Part shown: piece by piece, positions 20,891 through 30,226 of the stretch | Layout of the letters: the number at the start of each line of letters is the position of its first letter | How positions within the stretch are numbered: position 1 is the first letter of the stretch | Source of the DNA: an uncultured bacterium | Lineage (GTDB): Bacteria; Desulfobacterota_D; UBA1144; Nemesobacterales; UBA2774 | Assembly: GCA_963705505.1 (NCBI GenBank) | Contig: CAVPJU010000006.1 | Span: 1 to 64,000, forward strand | Length of the DNA: 64,000 nucleotides | Direction: 5' to 3' | Notes under the pieces: generated by a model | What the model saw: only the letters and a program-made list of their open reading frames with translations | Told to the model about the DNA's origin: nothing | Database searches by the model: none | Program-made: the position numbers and the translations under genes

Positions 20891-21557
20891 TCTCGCTCTG
20901 CCTTACACTGGCAAATTGTCTCGCGGCTTCAGGCAGAACCTTTTCTATATTTTCGGGCGTGGGGTCGATGTTGTTGATCTCCACTATGGCCTTCGCCATC
21001 CCTCTTATTATTACCTGACGGTCGGAGTTCTCAGCGTTAAAAGCCTGGGTCTGCTCCGGCGTAAGGCTGCCTTTCTGAACGAGAAGACCCTGGTTCCCTT
21101 CCGTGACCAGACCCTGAGAGAGCATCTGGTTGATTACAGGCAGACGCCGGGACCTGCTTTTATACGCCTGCACTACATCGGGCATACTGCGTATTTTCGC
21201 CGTAATCTGCTCGGCTATGTTGCCCTGAGCCCAGGCATAGTCGCTGAAATCGAGGGATATCTCTTTTTTGATGATTATATATTTCTTCTCCGAGGAAAGA
21301 ACGGGTTTGTCCGGGTATTTCCTGAGGCTCTGGGGAGCGGGGGTAGGCGCGGGCTTACTCTCAGGCTGCGGCTTCTTTTCCGTATTGCCCGTCCCCTGTG
21401 AGCCCTGCTCGAGGAATTCCTCCTCCAGGTTGGAATAAGCTTCCCTCACTTCTTCCGCGGGGAAGTAAACGTTTACCGTAATGGTCGCGCACGATACCGA
21501 ATAAAAAAACAAAATGAGCAATGAGGATTCCAATAAATTTATCATAGCTCTATTCAT
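20886..21557 (-). CDS. YdbL/DUF1318 family lipoprotein
   Basis: Lipobox SVSC-ATITVNVYFPAEEV; C-terminal GLVTEGNQGLL...AENSDRQVI; follows the YdbH-like gene. Confidence 0.8.
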   Translation of the reverse strand: MNRAMINLLESSLLILFFYSVSCATITVNVYFPAEEVREAYSNLEEEFLEQGSQGTGNTEKKPQPESKPAPTPAPQSLRKYPDKPVLSSEKKYIIIKKEISLDFSDYAWAQGNIAEQITAKIRSMPDVVQAYKSRSRRLPVINQMLSQGLVTEGNQGLLVQKGSLTPEQTQAFNAENSDRQVIIRGMAKAIVEINNIDPTPENIEKVLPEAARQFASVRQSER

Positions 21558-21570
21558 ACACTCACCTCGT

Positions 21571-24500
21571 TTATTGCGTTTCTATCGTCGGGCCGCCCGT
21601 TTGCGACCTTCTCGCAATCTCCCTGATTACTGAAACGAGATGTGCGATGGAAATCGAATTCTTCACGGGGTCCGCCTGAATAGATAAATTCTTTATTCCC
21701 AAAATCGAGTTCGAAATATTAAACTTTTTAAACGTTATCACACCGTCTTTAATATAACCTGAAATTTCTCCGTTATCATAGCTCCGTGATGACCCGAGTA
21801 TGAGTCTCTCTTTGGCCCCGAGCTTGTCGAGAAGAGCCTTGCCGATAGACCTGGGCTCTTTCGCCGAGCTCACGGACCAGAACTCGAAGGGACCGTCGAT
21901 AGCGCCCAGCTCGCCGCCCGCCCCCGAGAGCCACACGAGGCCGTTTATCCTTCCTGTAATATATTCCTCGAGCGGGGACAGCCTCTTTGAAATAGCATCG
22001 AGACTGATCTCATCGAAAAGGAATGAGAAGTTATAGCGGCTGTTGCCTTCGCCGAAATTCATAACCCCTCTAGTGTAAAGTTTCCCCCCGAAAAAATCCG
22101 AAACGAGTTTTGTAATCCCCACCTGACCGTTGCCCGCCACAAGATCGCATTCGACATTTTCAAACTTTAATATCCCGTACTCTATCTCGGCGATTTTAAG
22201 GTGGTCCGTATCTATATCGGCACCTGATTCGTTGAACGAGTGAAGGTAATTCTTAAATACCTCTTTATTGAGATTCAGCTCTCTGCCGATGAGGGAAGCG
22301 AGCTTGTTCTCGGTTTTCCCCTCGTCTTTTAATGTTATCGTCCCGTCTATGTCCTTGAGCGACAGGTCGGCGCCGCCGATATTTGCGGCGAACGAAGCGC
22401 TCTTAAAAGAGAAGCTCCCGTTCCAGGAGCTGGCGGTATCAAATAGATTATTGATTTCCACGCTGAAGCCGGCAGAACCCGAGACCTTTCCCTCATTGAC
22501 CATCCCGGGCATAAAGGGGGACAGGAATTTAACGGCATTTGTCAGGGCGAATTCCGGAAAAATTATCTCCATCTTCCTCTGCGCGCTCAGGGAATCTTCC
22601 ATCTCTCCAGAGAATTTCAATTCATTCCCGTCCTTACTTTTTATAAACCCGTCCTCGATGAATAAGGTTTCACCGGAACTGCGCGTATTGACTGAACCGC
22701 TGTATATAACATCGAGGCCCTGCCTTTTTAAATTCATGTTATTGAACTCGAATTTGCCCGTACCCTCGGGGAGGGAGTTGTCAGGAAGCGTGCCCGAGAA
22801 ATCAAGGTCAGCACTGTCCAGGGCAGCATCGAGATCGCCTGATTTTAAAGACGCGTTTTCGAGCCGGAGGTCGGCTGATAAACGGGACGGGGTTTCGGAA
22901 GTGAGGACATCGATCCCGCCTTTTAAATCACCGTTAAGGAACTTACCGGAAATCCCGCTTAACTTTATTCCCTCAGGCGAAGGGGATACGCTTATATCGA
23001 GGCCCTCGAGTATGCCGGAGAAAATATCGGTCTTAACAGCCGAGATTTTACCTTCCCATTCGGCTTTGCCGGATTCGGGATTATTAATTGTGAAGCTCCC
23101 CGCAATACCTTCTGATCTCAATTTATTATCGAAACCCGAGAATATCCCGTCTTTTAAGGTAATTTGATAGGGATAACCCCCCTTCTGCCTGCCGAATCCG
23201 ACGCTCAGGTTGTCGGTTTTGAGCTCCCCTATTGAACCCACCTGAGCGCTTAGTTTTTGTATATCGAGAAAGTCCCCGCTAAACAGGTATTCCGCGGATA
23301 GCGAGGGGAATCCCACGCTCTTGAACCTGCCGCCGGTTCCGTCGATTGTCCCGCTGAACCCTCTTCTCCCGCTGTCTTCTATATTGATGTGCTCTTTAAA
23401 CTGCTCAAGGTATATGTCTTTCCCGAGAACCTGAAAGCCCGAACCCTGTGAAGCCGTGCTCAAGGTCCAGTCACCGCCTATATCGAGAGAGAACAAGAGG
23501 TCGTCGACCTTGCCGGCTTTGATGATGTATTCGCCGAACGACAGGTTTTCATAGGAAAGCCCTTTATCCTTTACTATGATTTTTCTCCCGGGCTCTTTGG
23601 TCGAATCTCCCTTACCCGCATCCGCCGCGTTTATTCCGTACTCTAAACCGAGCGTGCCCCGAGACTCGGCCTTCGACACTTTAAACTCACTGCCGGTATT
23701 CGACCTGACAACGAAATCATTTACGACGAATGAAATCCCGGCGTTGTAATTGCCCTGATTCCCCCTGATGTCGGCGGCTACGGACCGGGCGTTGCCCTCC
23801 ATGTCAAAAGGGGCGACGGATTTAGGCGCTTTCTTCAGATTGAGGTTCTCTCCCTCTGAGGCTTCCCCTGACTTCACTTTTTCCGTCTTTTTCAATCAGC
23901 TCAAACGAGCCCGACACCCTACCGTCCATGAACAGGCTGCTCATGTCAGAGAGCGAGATCTCTTCGGCACTCCAGCCGTCCCGGGCTTCTATCCCGACAC
24001 CCGTCGATAAGCTGTTCAGGTCGCCTATGTCCTTTTGGGATAATTTTTCGGCGGAGCACGAACCCCGCGATAAGAATGAGAAACCGTTTTCCCCGCCCAA
24101 GTCCTGCTTCACATTCAAGCCGCAGCCGAGACCGGAAATTTTAAGATCGTCATTTTTATAGGCAAAGCCTATGCCGTCGAGCACGATATCGCCCGTGAAG
24201 GCCAGGTCGCCTTTTTTTAGTGAACCGCTTATCTTTAAATTGTCGGACTTGATATTTCCGGTGAGTTTTTCTCCGCTTATATAGGGAATCCACTTTGACA
24301 ACTCGTTCAAATCGCCTGTCGCTGCAGACCCGCTTAAATCGAATGCAAGGTCTCCGCTAATGTTATTTACATCCCCCGTAAGCCCGCCCTTGAATACATC
24401 CATGATCTCGAAATCCATAGCACTGATATGAGCCGTATCCCTGTTCTTGTCATACCTGAGCTGATAATTCAGGCTTCCGAGCGGGTCTTTCAATACATCG

Positions 24501-25318
24501 CTTCCCTTATCGTCAGCCCGTATTGTTATTTCGCCTTCCGCCTCTATATTCTCCGCAATTCTGAATGTCAGCTGCGAAACGCCCTTTATATTTTGAGCGG
24601 AGATAAACGACTCCGCGAGTGAGCCGGCATGAATTTTATCAGTCGCTATTTTTATTTTTCCGCTCGTTTCGCCGGGGAGTAAAATTATTGTCCCCTCGAC
24701 GTCCATATCGTTCTCGAGGACGGCGATATCGCCGCCAATATTAATTTTTGAGGCGTCCCGGGAATTATCCCTGTCAATGAGGATAACCATAGCTTTAGAC
24801 GTGAACGCCGATTCCGGACTGAGCTCGAACCGGGCATCTTTCAATACTATCCTTTCGATCTCGACCGGAGACGCCTCACCTCCCCCTTTTTCTCCTTTAA
24901 TCATGCCGAGGAGTCTGTCCAAACTCTCTTTGTCGTAAACTATGACGGGGCGCTCGATTGCAATCTCGCCGAGTTTAATGCTCCGTGATATGAGTGAGGA
25001 AAAGATCAGCGGATCGATCGTCAACGTCCCGATTTCCGCGAGTCCTTTTCGAGCGGCCGACTGATCGACCACCTTCACTCCGTGCAGCTTAATCCTGAAA
25101 AACGGATCGAGGTCCGCCTCATTCAGCTGAAGCGTTAAGCCGCTTGCCCGGGAAAATCTGTCCACGTATGCGGGCGCATACTCCCTTAGCTTCATGTTCA
25201 AGAAAATGTTGAGAGCAACCAGGACCGCACAAATAATTAGGATTATTATGAAAAGTAATCTTAATAACCCGTTCCTGAGGAGGGTCATGCAAAAGATATT
25301 ATATGAGGAATCGCCCAT
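21571..25318 (-). pseudogene. Large AsmA-like/YdbH-type intermembrane lipid-transport protein, split by a +1 frameshift near 23852 (real or assembly error)
   Basis: ORFs 23822..25318 (N-terminal TM anchor, beta-rich) and 21571..23895 (beta-rich; C-terminus YDNGEISGYIKDG) join into one 1248-aa ORF if one G is removed from AGAGGGAGAGAAC. Confidence 0.7.
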
Positions 25319-25397
25319 TTAAAAGCGAAATTTACGTGACGCGGGTATCAAGAGGAAACGTGAAATTTAAACAGGTGCTACTTATAGGCGTGCGTAT

Positions 25398-25817
25398 CTA
25401 TATGATTTCAACCGTCCCGGCTTTTATTACGTTTTTTATTTTGTAAAGGAAATAACTCTTCTCTTTCCAGAACCTGCCCATGATCCTCACCGTATCACCC
25501 TTCGATATAGGCAGGCGCTCGTCTTCGTAATAAACGCCCACTTCATTATTCTGTTTGTCTTTCAGCTTGAATATCGTAAATGGCTCTCCTTTGCTCGATT
25601 TCCTGTAGTCAACCTTCGCCACTCTGCCTTCAAGGGTGACTTTTTTCCCGTTATATTGACCGGGATTCGAGACCACGTCTTTTATTTGAACCTCGAGAGG
25701 CTGGCTGGCTTTCGCGGCAGGCGTCTGTTCTTCCGCATTGACGGACGTAAGGGGGCACGTAAGCATGAACAGAAAAACCGAGAGCGCGTATATCTTAATT
25801 ATCGATTTTTTTTGCAT
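25398..25817 (-). CDS. Secreted OB-fold protein
   Basis: Signal peptide; IKDVVSNPGQYNGKKVTLEGRV and KGDTVRIMG. Confidence 0.7.
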   Translation of the reverse strand: MQKKSIIKIYALSVFLFMLTCPLTSVNAEEQTPAAKASQPLEVQIKDVVSNPGQYNGKKVTLEGRVAKVDYRKSSKGEPFTIFKLKDKQNNEVGVYYEDERLPISKGDTVRIMGRFWKEKSYFLYKIKNVIKAGTVEII

Positions 25818-26029
25818 GGCAAAAAACTTCTAACTCGAATCCGGCTTCAGACCTGAGAAAGCCGAGCGAATATCCTGTATTAATATTATATGCTTATTCG
25901 GATAATATTCCAGCGCGGACTTCGCCGGGACACATGAAACTAACCCGGCAATACAGCCTTTAAAATGTTCTAAATAAGATATAAAACGGTTAGAATAGAT
26001 TCCCGAGGTTTTTTTTTGAGAGCAACGTT

Positions 26030-26830
26030 ATGTCATCGCCGATGATCCGGAAATTAAACGGCCTCCTCAGAACCGAAATAATCGGAAAGGTCATACACTA
26101 CTTCGATGAAGCGGTATCCACGAATACCGTATTATCCAGGCTCGGGGATAACGGCGCATCAGAGGGGACGACGGTTATCGCGGATAAGCAGACTGGCGGA
26201 AGAGGCAGGCTCGGGCGGAAGTGGATATCGCCGCCGGGAGTGAATCTCTACATGTCCGTACTTTTCCGTCCCTCAATAGCGGCATGGGAATCGCCTCTTC
26301 TCACATTCCTTGCTTCTATCGCGCTCGTAGAGACGATAAAGAAGGCAGGCATTCGGAACACCGCGATAAAATGGCCTAACGACGTGCAGATCGACGGGAA
26401 GAAGGTCGCGGGCGTGCTCACCGAGATGTCACCCAAGGGGGACAGGGTCGATTACGTCGTAGTGGGAATCGGAGTGAATATAAACATGACCAGGGAGCAA
26501 ATTAAACGGGAGATGGGGGAGACCGCAAAATTTGCAACCTCCATCAAAGAGAGCTTGGGAGAGGACCTCGACCGGGCTAAATTTACGGGAGACCTGTTAT
26601 TAGAGCTCGAATCGTGGTACCGGACATTCAACAGGCGTGGCAAACCCCCGATCATCAAGGAATGGACGGAAAGATGGGGCGGACAGAACAAAAGGGTCAG
26701 GGTCAGCACGGATAAGGGGAATGTGATAGAAGGGATCGCAGCGGGGATAGACGGGGAGGGACATTTGCTCGTGAAAAAAGAAGACGATAGCGTCGTCAAG
26801 ATAATAACGGGGGACGTTACGGTTATTTAA
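26030..26830 (+). CDS. birA: Biotin--[acetyl-CoA-carboxylase] ligase (no N-terminal HTH)
   Basis: Motifs STN, QTGGRGRLGRKW, IKWPND, KKVAGVL, VVGIGVN and GIDGEGHLLV. Confidence 0.95.
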   Translation: MSSPMIRKLNGLLRTEIIGKVIHYFDEAVSTNTVLSRLGDNGASEGTTVIADKQTGGRGRLGRKWISPPGVNLYMSVLFRPSIAAWESPLLTFLASIALVETIKKAGIRNTAIKWPNDVQIDGKKVAGVLTEMSPKGDRVDYVVVGIGVNINMTREQIKREMGETAKFATSIKESLGEDLDRAKFTGDLLLELESWYRTFNRRGKPPIIKEWTERWGGQNKRVRVSTDKGNVIEGIAAGIDGEGHLLVKKEDDSVVKIITGDVTVI

Positions 26831-27195
26831 TCGCCGGCGCGGGAAACGGATGCGCCGCGTATGAATTTAGCCATTTCCTCCCGGATGTTTTCCATGAGGC
26901 ATGTCCATTCGTTTACGAGAGAAACGTCGTTACCGGGAAGGGGCTTTTTAATCTCGATGCCCGAGCGCGTTGTTTTTACTTTACAATCTTTGTATTTTCT
27001 TCCGATTATATTACCGAATCTATAAAGCGTGCTAACAGCCCTTTCGTCCCTCCCCACAAACCTCGAAACAAGTACGACTTCCTGATCAAACCCTTCGAAG
27101 ACGATATTCCACAGGCTGGCGCTCGATTCCATGCCGAAGGTCAAAGCGATTGAGTCGGGCTCGTTCATTTCCGTAGACCTCTTATCAAACCGCAC
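26827..27195 (-). CDS. Hypothetical protein
   Basis: 122-aa ORF converging on birA, protein-like composition, no recognised motif. Confidence 0.5.
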   Translation of the reverse strand: MRFDKRSTEMNEPDSIALTFGMESSASLWNIVFEGFDQEVVLVSRFVGRDERAVSTLYRFGNIIGRKYKDCKVKTTRSGIEIKKPLPGNDVSLVNEWTCLMENIREEMAKFIRGASVSRAGD

Positions 27196-27298
27196 GAACT
27201 TTTATATAAATCGAAATTAACGCCAAGCCAACCGGCATATAAAGGCGTATTAAATTGATGTACGCCCGATGTACGCAGGACTTGTTAAATTATTTCTC

Positions 27299-28312
27299 TT
27301 ATTTGCTCCCACCGCCGAGCGCAGAAAGCCTCTGCTTGGCTTGTGCGGCGTAACCGGCGTACATTTCCTGCTCCTGAGATATTTCGAGGAATTTTTTGTA
27401 GTAGATCATCGCCTGCTGGGGATTGTTCGCCCGTTCGAAACCCTGAGCCATGAAAAAGTAAGCGTCCGGGTAATTCGGGTTAAGTGAAATCGCTTTTTTC
27501 TGGTTATCGATGTTCTGGTTGAATTTATTGAGGTAATAATAAGTGATCCCCAGATTCATGTACGCGGGAGCGTAATTCGGATTCTCTTTTATAGCCTTCT
27601 CGTACTCGTCTATAGCTTCATTGTAGTGACCCTGCGTCCTGAGGGCGGTTCCGAATAAGTTATGAATCTGCGCAGACGGAGCGAGCTCGGCTGCCTTTCT
27701 AAAATACTCACTCGCCTGTCCGTAAGCTCTTTTCTTGAAGAAGTAAGACGTTCCCAAACCTACATACGCCGGTACGAATTTCGGGTCGAGCTCGATCGCT
27801 TTTCTGATGTCGGGGGAATCCGGATTCTCCCCGCTGGCCGACCAAAGGATATAATAGGCCTCAGCGTTATTCGGGTTCTGCGCCAAAATCTTCTTTGCGG
27901 TGGCTATAGCCTCTTTTTCCCTGCTCAGCTGAAGATAGCTATATGCAAGCGCGACCTGTGTCTCTTCGAGGTTCGGCCCCAGCTGGAGGGCCTTTACCAT
28001 GTTAGCATAAGAATCGTTATAGTATTTCTCATACTCCTCCCTGACTTCGTACCTGTAAAAACCCATGAACGAATATACCTCGGCAAGACCGGCGTAAGCC
28101 TGGGCGTATTTGGGATCGGCAGCTATCGCTTTATTGTAGAGAGAAATCGCCTGGTCAAACCCTTCGGGCGTAAATTTTAGAAACGCCTCTCTGCCCTGTT
28201 TGCACAGGCCCGCAGCGCCTCCGGCGTCCTGCGCAATTGCAACGACGTTACCCAGCTGGAATGCGGCGGCCGTTACCGTCAATAGAAAAAGACAAAAAAC
28301 AAATTTTCTCAT
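27299..28312 (-). CDS. Secreted tetratricopeptide-repeat protein
   Basis: Start refined to ATG 28312 (SD GGGAGG; MRKFVFCLFLL signal peptide); several TPRs such as AIAADPKYAQAYAGLA and AIKENPNYAPAYMNLG. Confidence 0.85.
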   Translation of the reverse strand: MRKFVFCLFLLTVTAAAFQLGNVVAIAQDAGGAAGLCKQGREAFLKFTPEGFDQAISLYNKAIAADPKYAQAYAGLAEVYSFMGFYRYEVREEYEKYYNDSYANMVKALQLGPNLEETQVALAYSYLQLSREKEAIATAKKILAQNPNNAEAYYILWSASGENPDSPDIRKAIELDPKFVPAYVGLGTSYFFKKRAYGQASEYFRKAAELAPSAQIHNLFGTALRTQGHYNEAIDEYEKAIKENPNYAPAYMNLGITYYYLNKFNQNIDNQKKAISLNPNYPDAYFFMAQGFERANNPQQAMIYYKKFLEISQEQEMYAGYAAQAKQRLSALGGGSK

Positions 28313-28355
28313 ATCATCCTCCCTAACTAATTTTAACAAGAGACTATCGGCTTTT

Positions 28356-28886
28356 TCAATAAGCTTCATTAACATACTTAACTATTTCTTCAGCCAGGCT
28401 CTGGAAAATATCCTTTGCCATGAATCCAGTCGAGCTGAAACCGTTGACCTCTCCGGTCGCTATTTCGTCTCCCGTGGCCTTGTTTACGAGAGCAAGCTTA
28501 ATGGAGATGGACACTTCGCCGAATTTAAGCGCACCGCCCTCGAATGAAAAATCCGAACTGGGTCTGTATTCACTCACTTCTCCGAGCAATACAATAGTAT
28601 CCTCCGCGGGAATATTTTCAATTTCCCCGTATTTAACTTCTTTGAATTTATTAGTGGAAGCGAGGAGCCCGGCCGCCTTATCGGGAATCTTGGTCAGAGC
28701 TTCCTTGGGAAAGTCTGCGATCTGTGTCTCGAACGTCTCGAACTGAATAGCCTGAAAGTCACGGAGCTTGGTCTTTGTCGGGGTGAAGTAGGAAGTCGTG
28801 TTTATAGTGGTGCATCCCGAAATAGCCAGGACGAGAAACGCAAATGAAATTGCTGTGGAAAAAACGAAATACTTGTATCTCTGCAT
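28356..28886 (-). CDS. Putative lipoprotein (DUF4410-like)
   Basis: Lipobox ISGC; LLGEVSEY...ISIKLALVNKATGDEIA. Confidence 0.65.
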   Translation of the reverse strand: MQRYKYFVFSTAISFAFLVLAISGCTTINTTSYFTPTKTKLRDFQAIQFETFETQIADFPKEALTKIPDKAAGLLASTNKFKEVKYGEIENIPAEDTIVLLGEVSEYRPSSDFSFEGGALKFGEVSISIKLALVNKATGDEIATGEVNGFSSTGFMAKDIFQSLAEEIVKYVNEAY

Positions 28887-28994
28887 AGTTTAAGCCGCCT
28901 CCTTTTAAATAAGTAGTATAAAATATCATACTTCCTCCGATTGATAAACATTGAATTCATTATAACCGCGACAAAGCCAATAAAAGCATACAAC

Positions 28995-29009
28995 TGACAA
29001 ATATTGTCA
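28995..29009. promoter_or_regulatory. Palindrome TGACA-N5-TGTCA, candidate enhancer (PilR-type activator site) for pilin 1
   Basis: TGACAAATATTGTCA, 167 nt upstream of the sigma-54 element; the same motif recurs before pilin 2. Confidence 0.6.
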
Positions 29010-29161
29010 CATCGCGCCAATGGCGAGCAAAAAGTGTCACTTTATTGACTAGCGCCAATAATAATGTGCATACCTTGCATCTACTCAACTAAAATAAAAA
29101 TACGCTATTTTAATTATATTCCGGCAAGTTATATGACTTCATAACCGGATATACCTGCGTG

Positions 29162-29177
29162 TGGCACAGCCTTTGCA
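29162..29177 (+). promoter_or_regulatory. Sigma-54 (-24/-12) promoter of pilin 1
   Basis: TGGCAC-AGCCT-TTGCA, near-consensus. Confidence 0.85.
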
Positions 29178-29222
29178 TCATATTTCATATCAAAACTCAA
29201 TACCGACAAGGAGGTTATTGAT

Positions 29223-29805
29223 ATGTTAAGCAAGTTAAATAGAGTTAAAAAGGGAGAGAAGGGTTTCACTCTTATCGAACTTCTGGTTGTTGCAGCAATC
29301 ATCGGCATACTGCTTGCGATCGCAATCCCCAACCTTATTAAGGCGAGAATGTCAGCGAACGAAGCGAGTGCCAGAAAGTCCATGCAGACCCTGAGGGATG
29401 CGGAAGGCGAGTATTTCGAGCAGGACATGGACAACAACGGTTCAAGGGATTACATCGATGTAATAGGAGCAATTGGAACAGTCTCCATCACTTCGTGATC
29501 CCCAAAGTACCGGACAAGAGGAAGACGCACTTGTTGACAGCAGCTTCGAGGGCGCAAATGGCGCAGGCTGCACAAAACCGAAGTCCGGATACTGTATTCA
29601 GTTCGATGCGACGAATGTTACAGCCAATGCCGGCGGGACGTTTGACGACTTCGGCTGGCAGGACAGTCCGTCGAGCGTAAACAAGACAGGCAGAAAGGAC
29701 TTCGCAGTATACGGAGACGGCGCTCTAAGATGCACAGTAAGCACACAAGCAACAGCAGCAGCAGGAACATTCGAGGCTGACCGCACTTCACCCGGCTGTG
29801 ATTAA
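29223..29805 (+). pseudogene. pilA: Type IV pilin (PilA-like) 1, interrupted by a +1 frameshift at about 29481-29487
   Basis: KG|FTLIELLVV prepilin site and SD AAGGAGG. ORFs 29223..29498 and 29473..29805 together align end to end with pilin 2; the restored protein is 193 aa. Confidence 0.8.
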
Positions 29806-29863
29806 CATTTTTTAATGATTTTTGGCGTCTAATTCGTTTCATTAATTCAACGGAATCGAACAA

Positions 29864-29899
29864 GCGGCGGGTTTTTATAAGAACCCGCCGCATTTTTTT
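29864..29899 (+). terminator. Intrinsic terminator after pilin 1
   Basis: GCGGCGGGTT...AACCCGCCGC hairpin followed by a T7 run. Confidence 0.85.
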
Positions 29900-30050
29900 A
29901 TTAAGGCGAATTTATTCCCAACCCTTTCCTTAGCAACACTTAGTCTGACCCGTTCAGAAACAGGCGCCTCACAAAACCTGCAGTTGCACGATCTGCCAGG
30001 CCCATACACATTCAGATCGTCCCTACTTATAGAGCGCAAATTGCGTAATC

Positions 30051-30067
30051 GTGACAATAATTGTCAC
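30051..30067. promoter_or_regulatory. Palindrome GTGACA-N5-TGTCAC, candidate enhancer for pilin 2
   Basis: GTGACAATAATTGTCAC, about 140 nt upstream of the second sigma-54 element. Confidence 0.6.
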
Positions 30068-30190
30068 AATAGATGCCGAAAATATATCCGCAGCACAACT
30101 CTAATGAATCAAGAATAATTCCGATGCAAGTATATATAATAATTACGGTAAGTTATATCGAGGAATGAGAGGCCGCCTTTGTCGATGTTG

Positions 30191-30206
30191 TGGTATGTAT
30201 ATTGCT
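30191..30206 (+). promoter_or_regulatory. Sigma-54 (-24/-12) promoter of pilin 2
   Basis: TGGTAT-GTATA-TTGCT with correct GG-N10-GC spacing. Confidence 0.7.
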
Positions 30207-30226
30207 ATTAATAACATAGAGAAATC

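Noticed and set aside
22268..23167. 299-aa antisense ORF within the YdbH-like gene
   Set aside because: Ser/Pro-rich mirror of the sense codons with no independent coding signal.
29223..29498. Short pilin suggesting a Geobacter-type conductive e-pilin
   Set aside because: The shortness comes from a frameshift; the downstream frame continues the homology to the full-length paralog.
29496..29498. In-frame TGA as possible selenocysteine or readthrough
   Set aside because: Homology continues in a different frame, not past the TGA.
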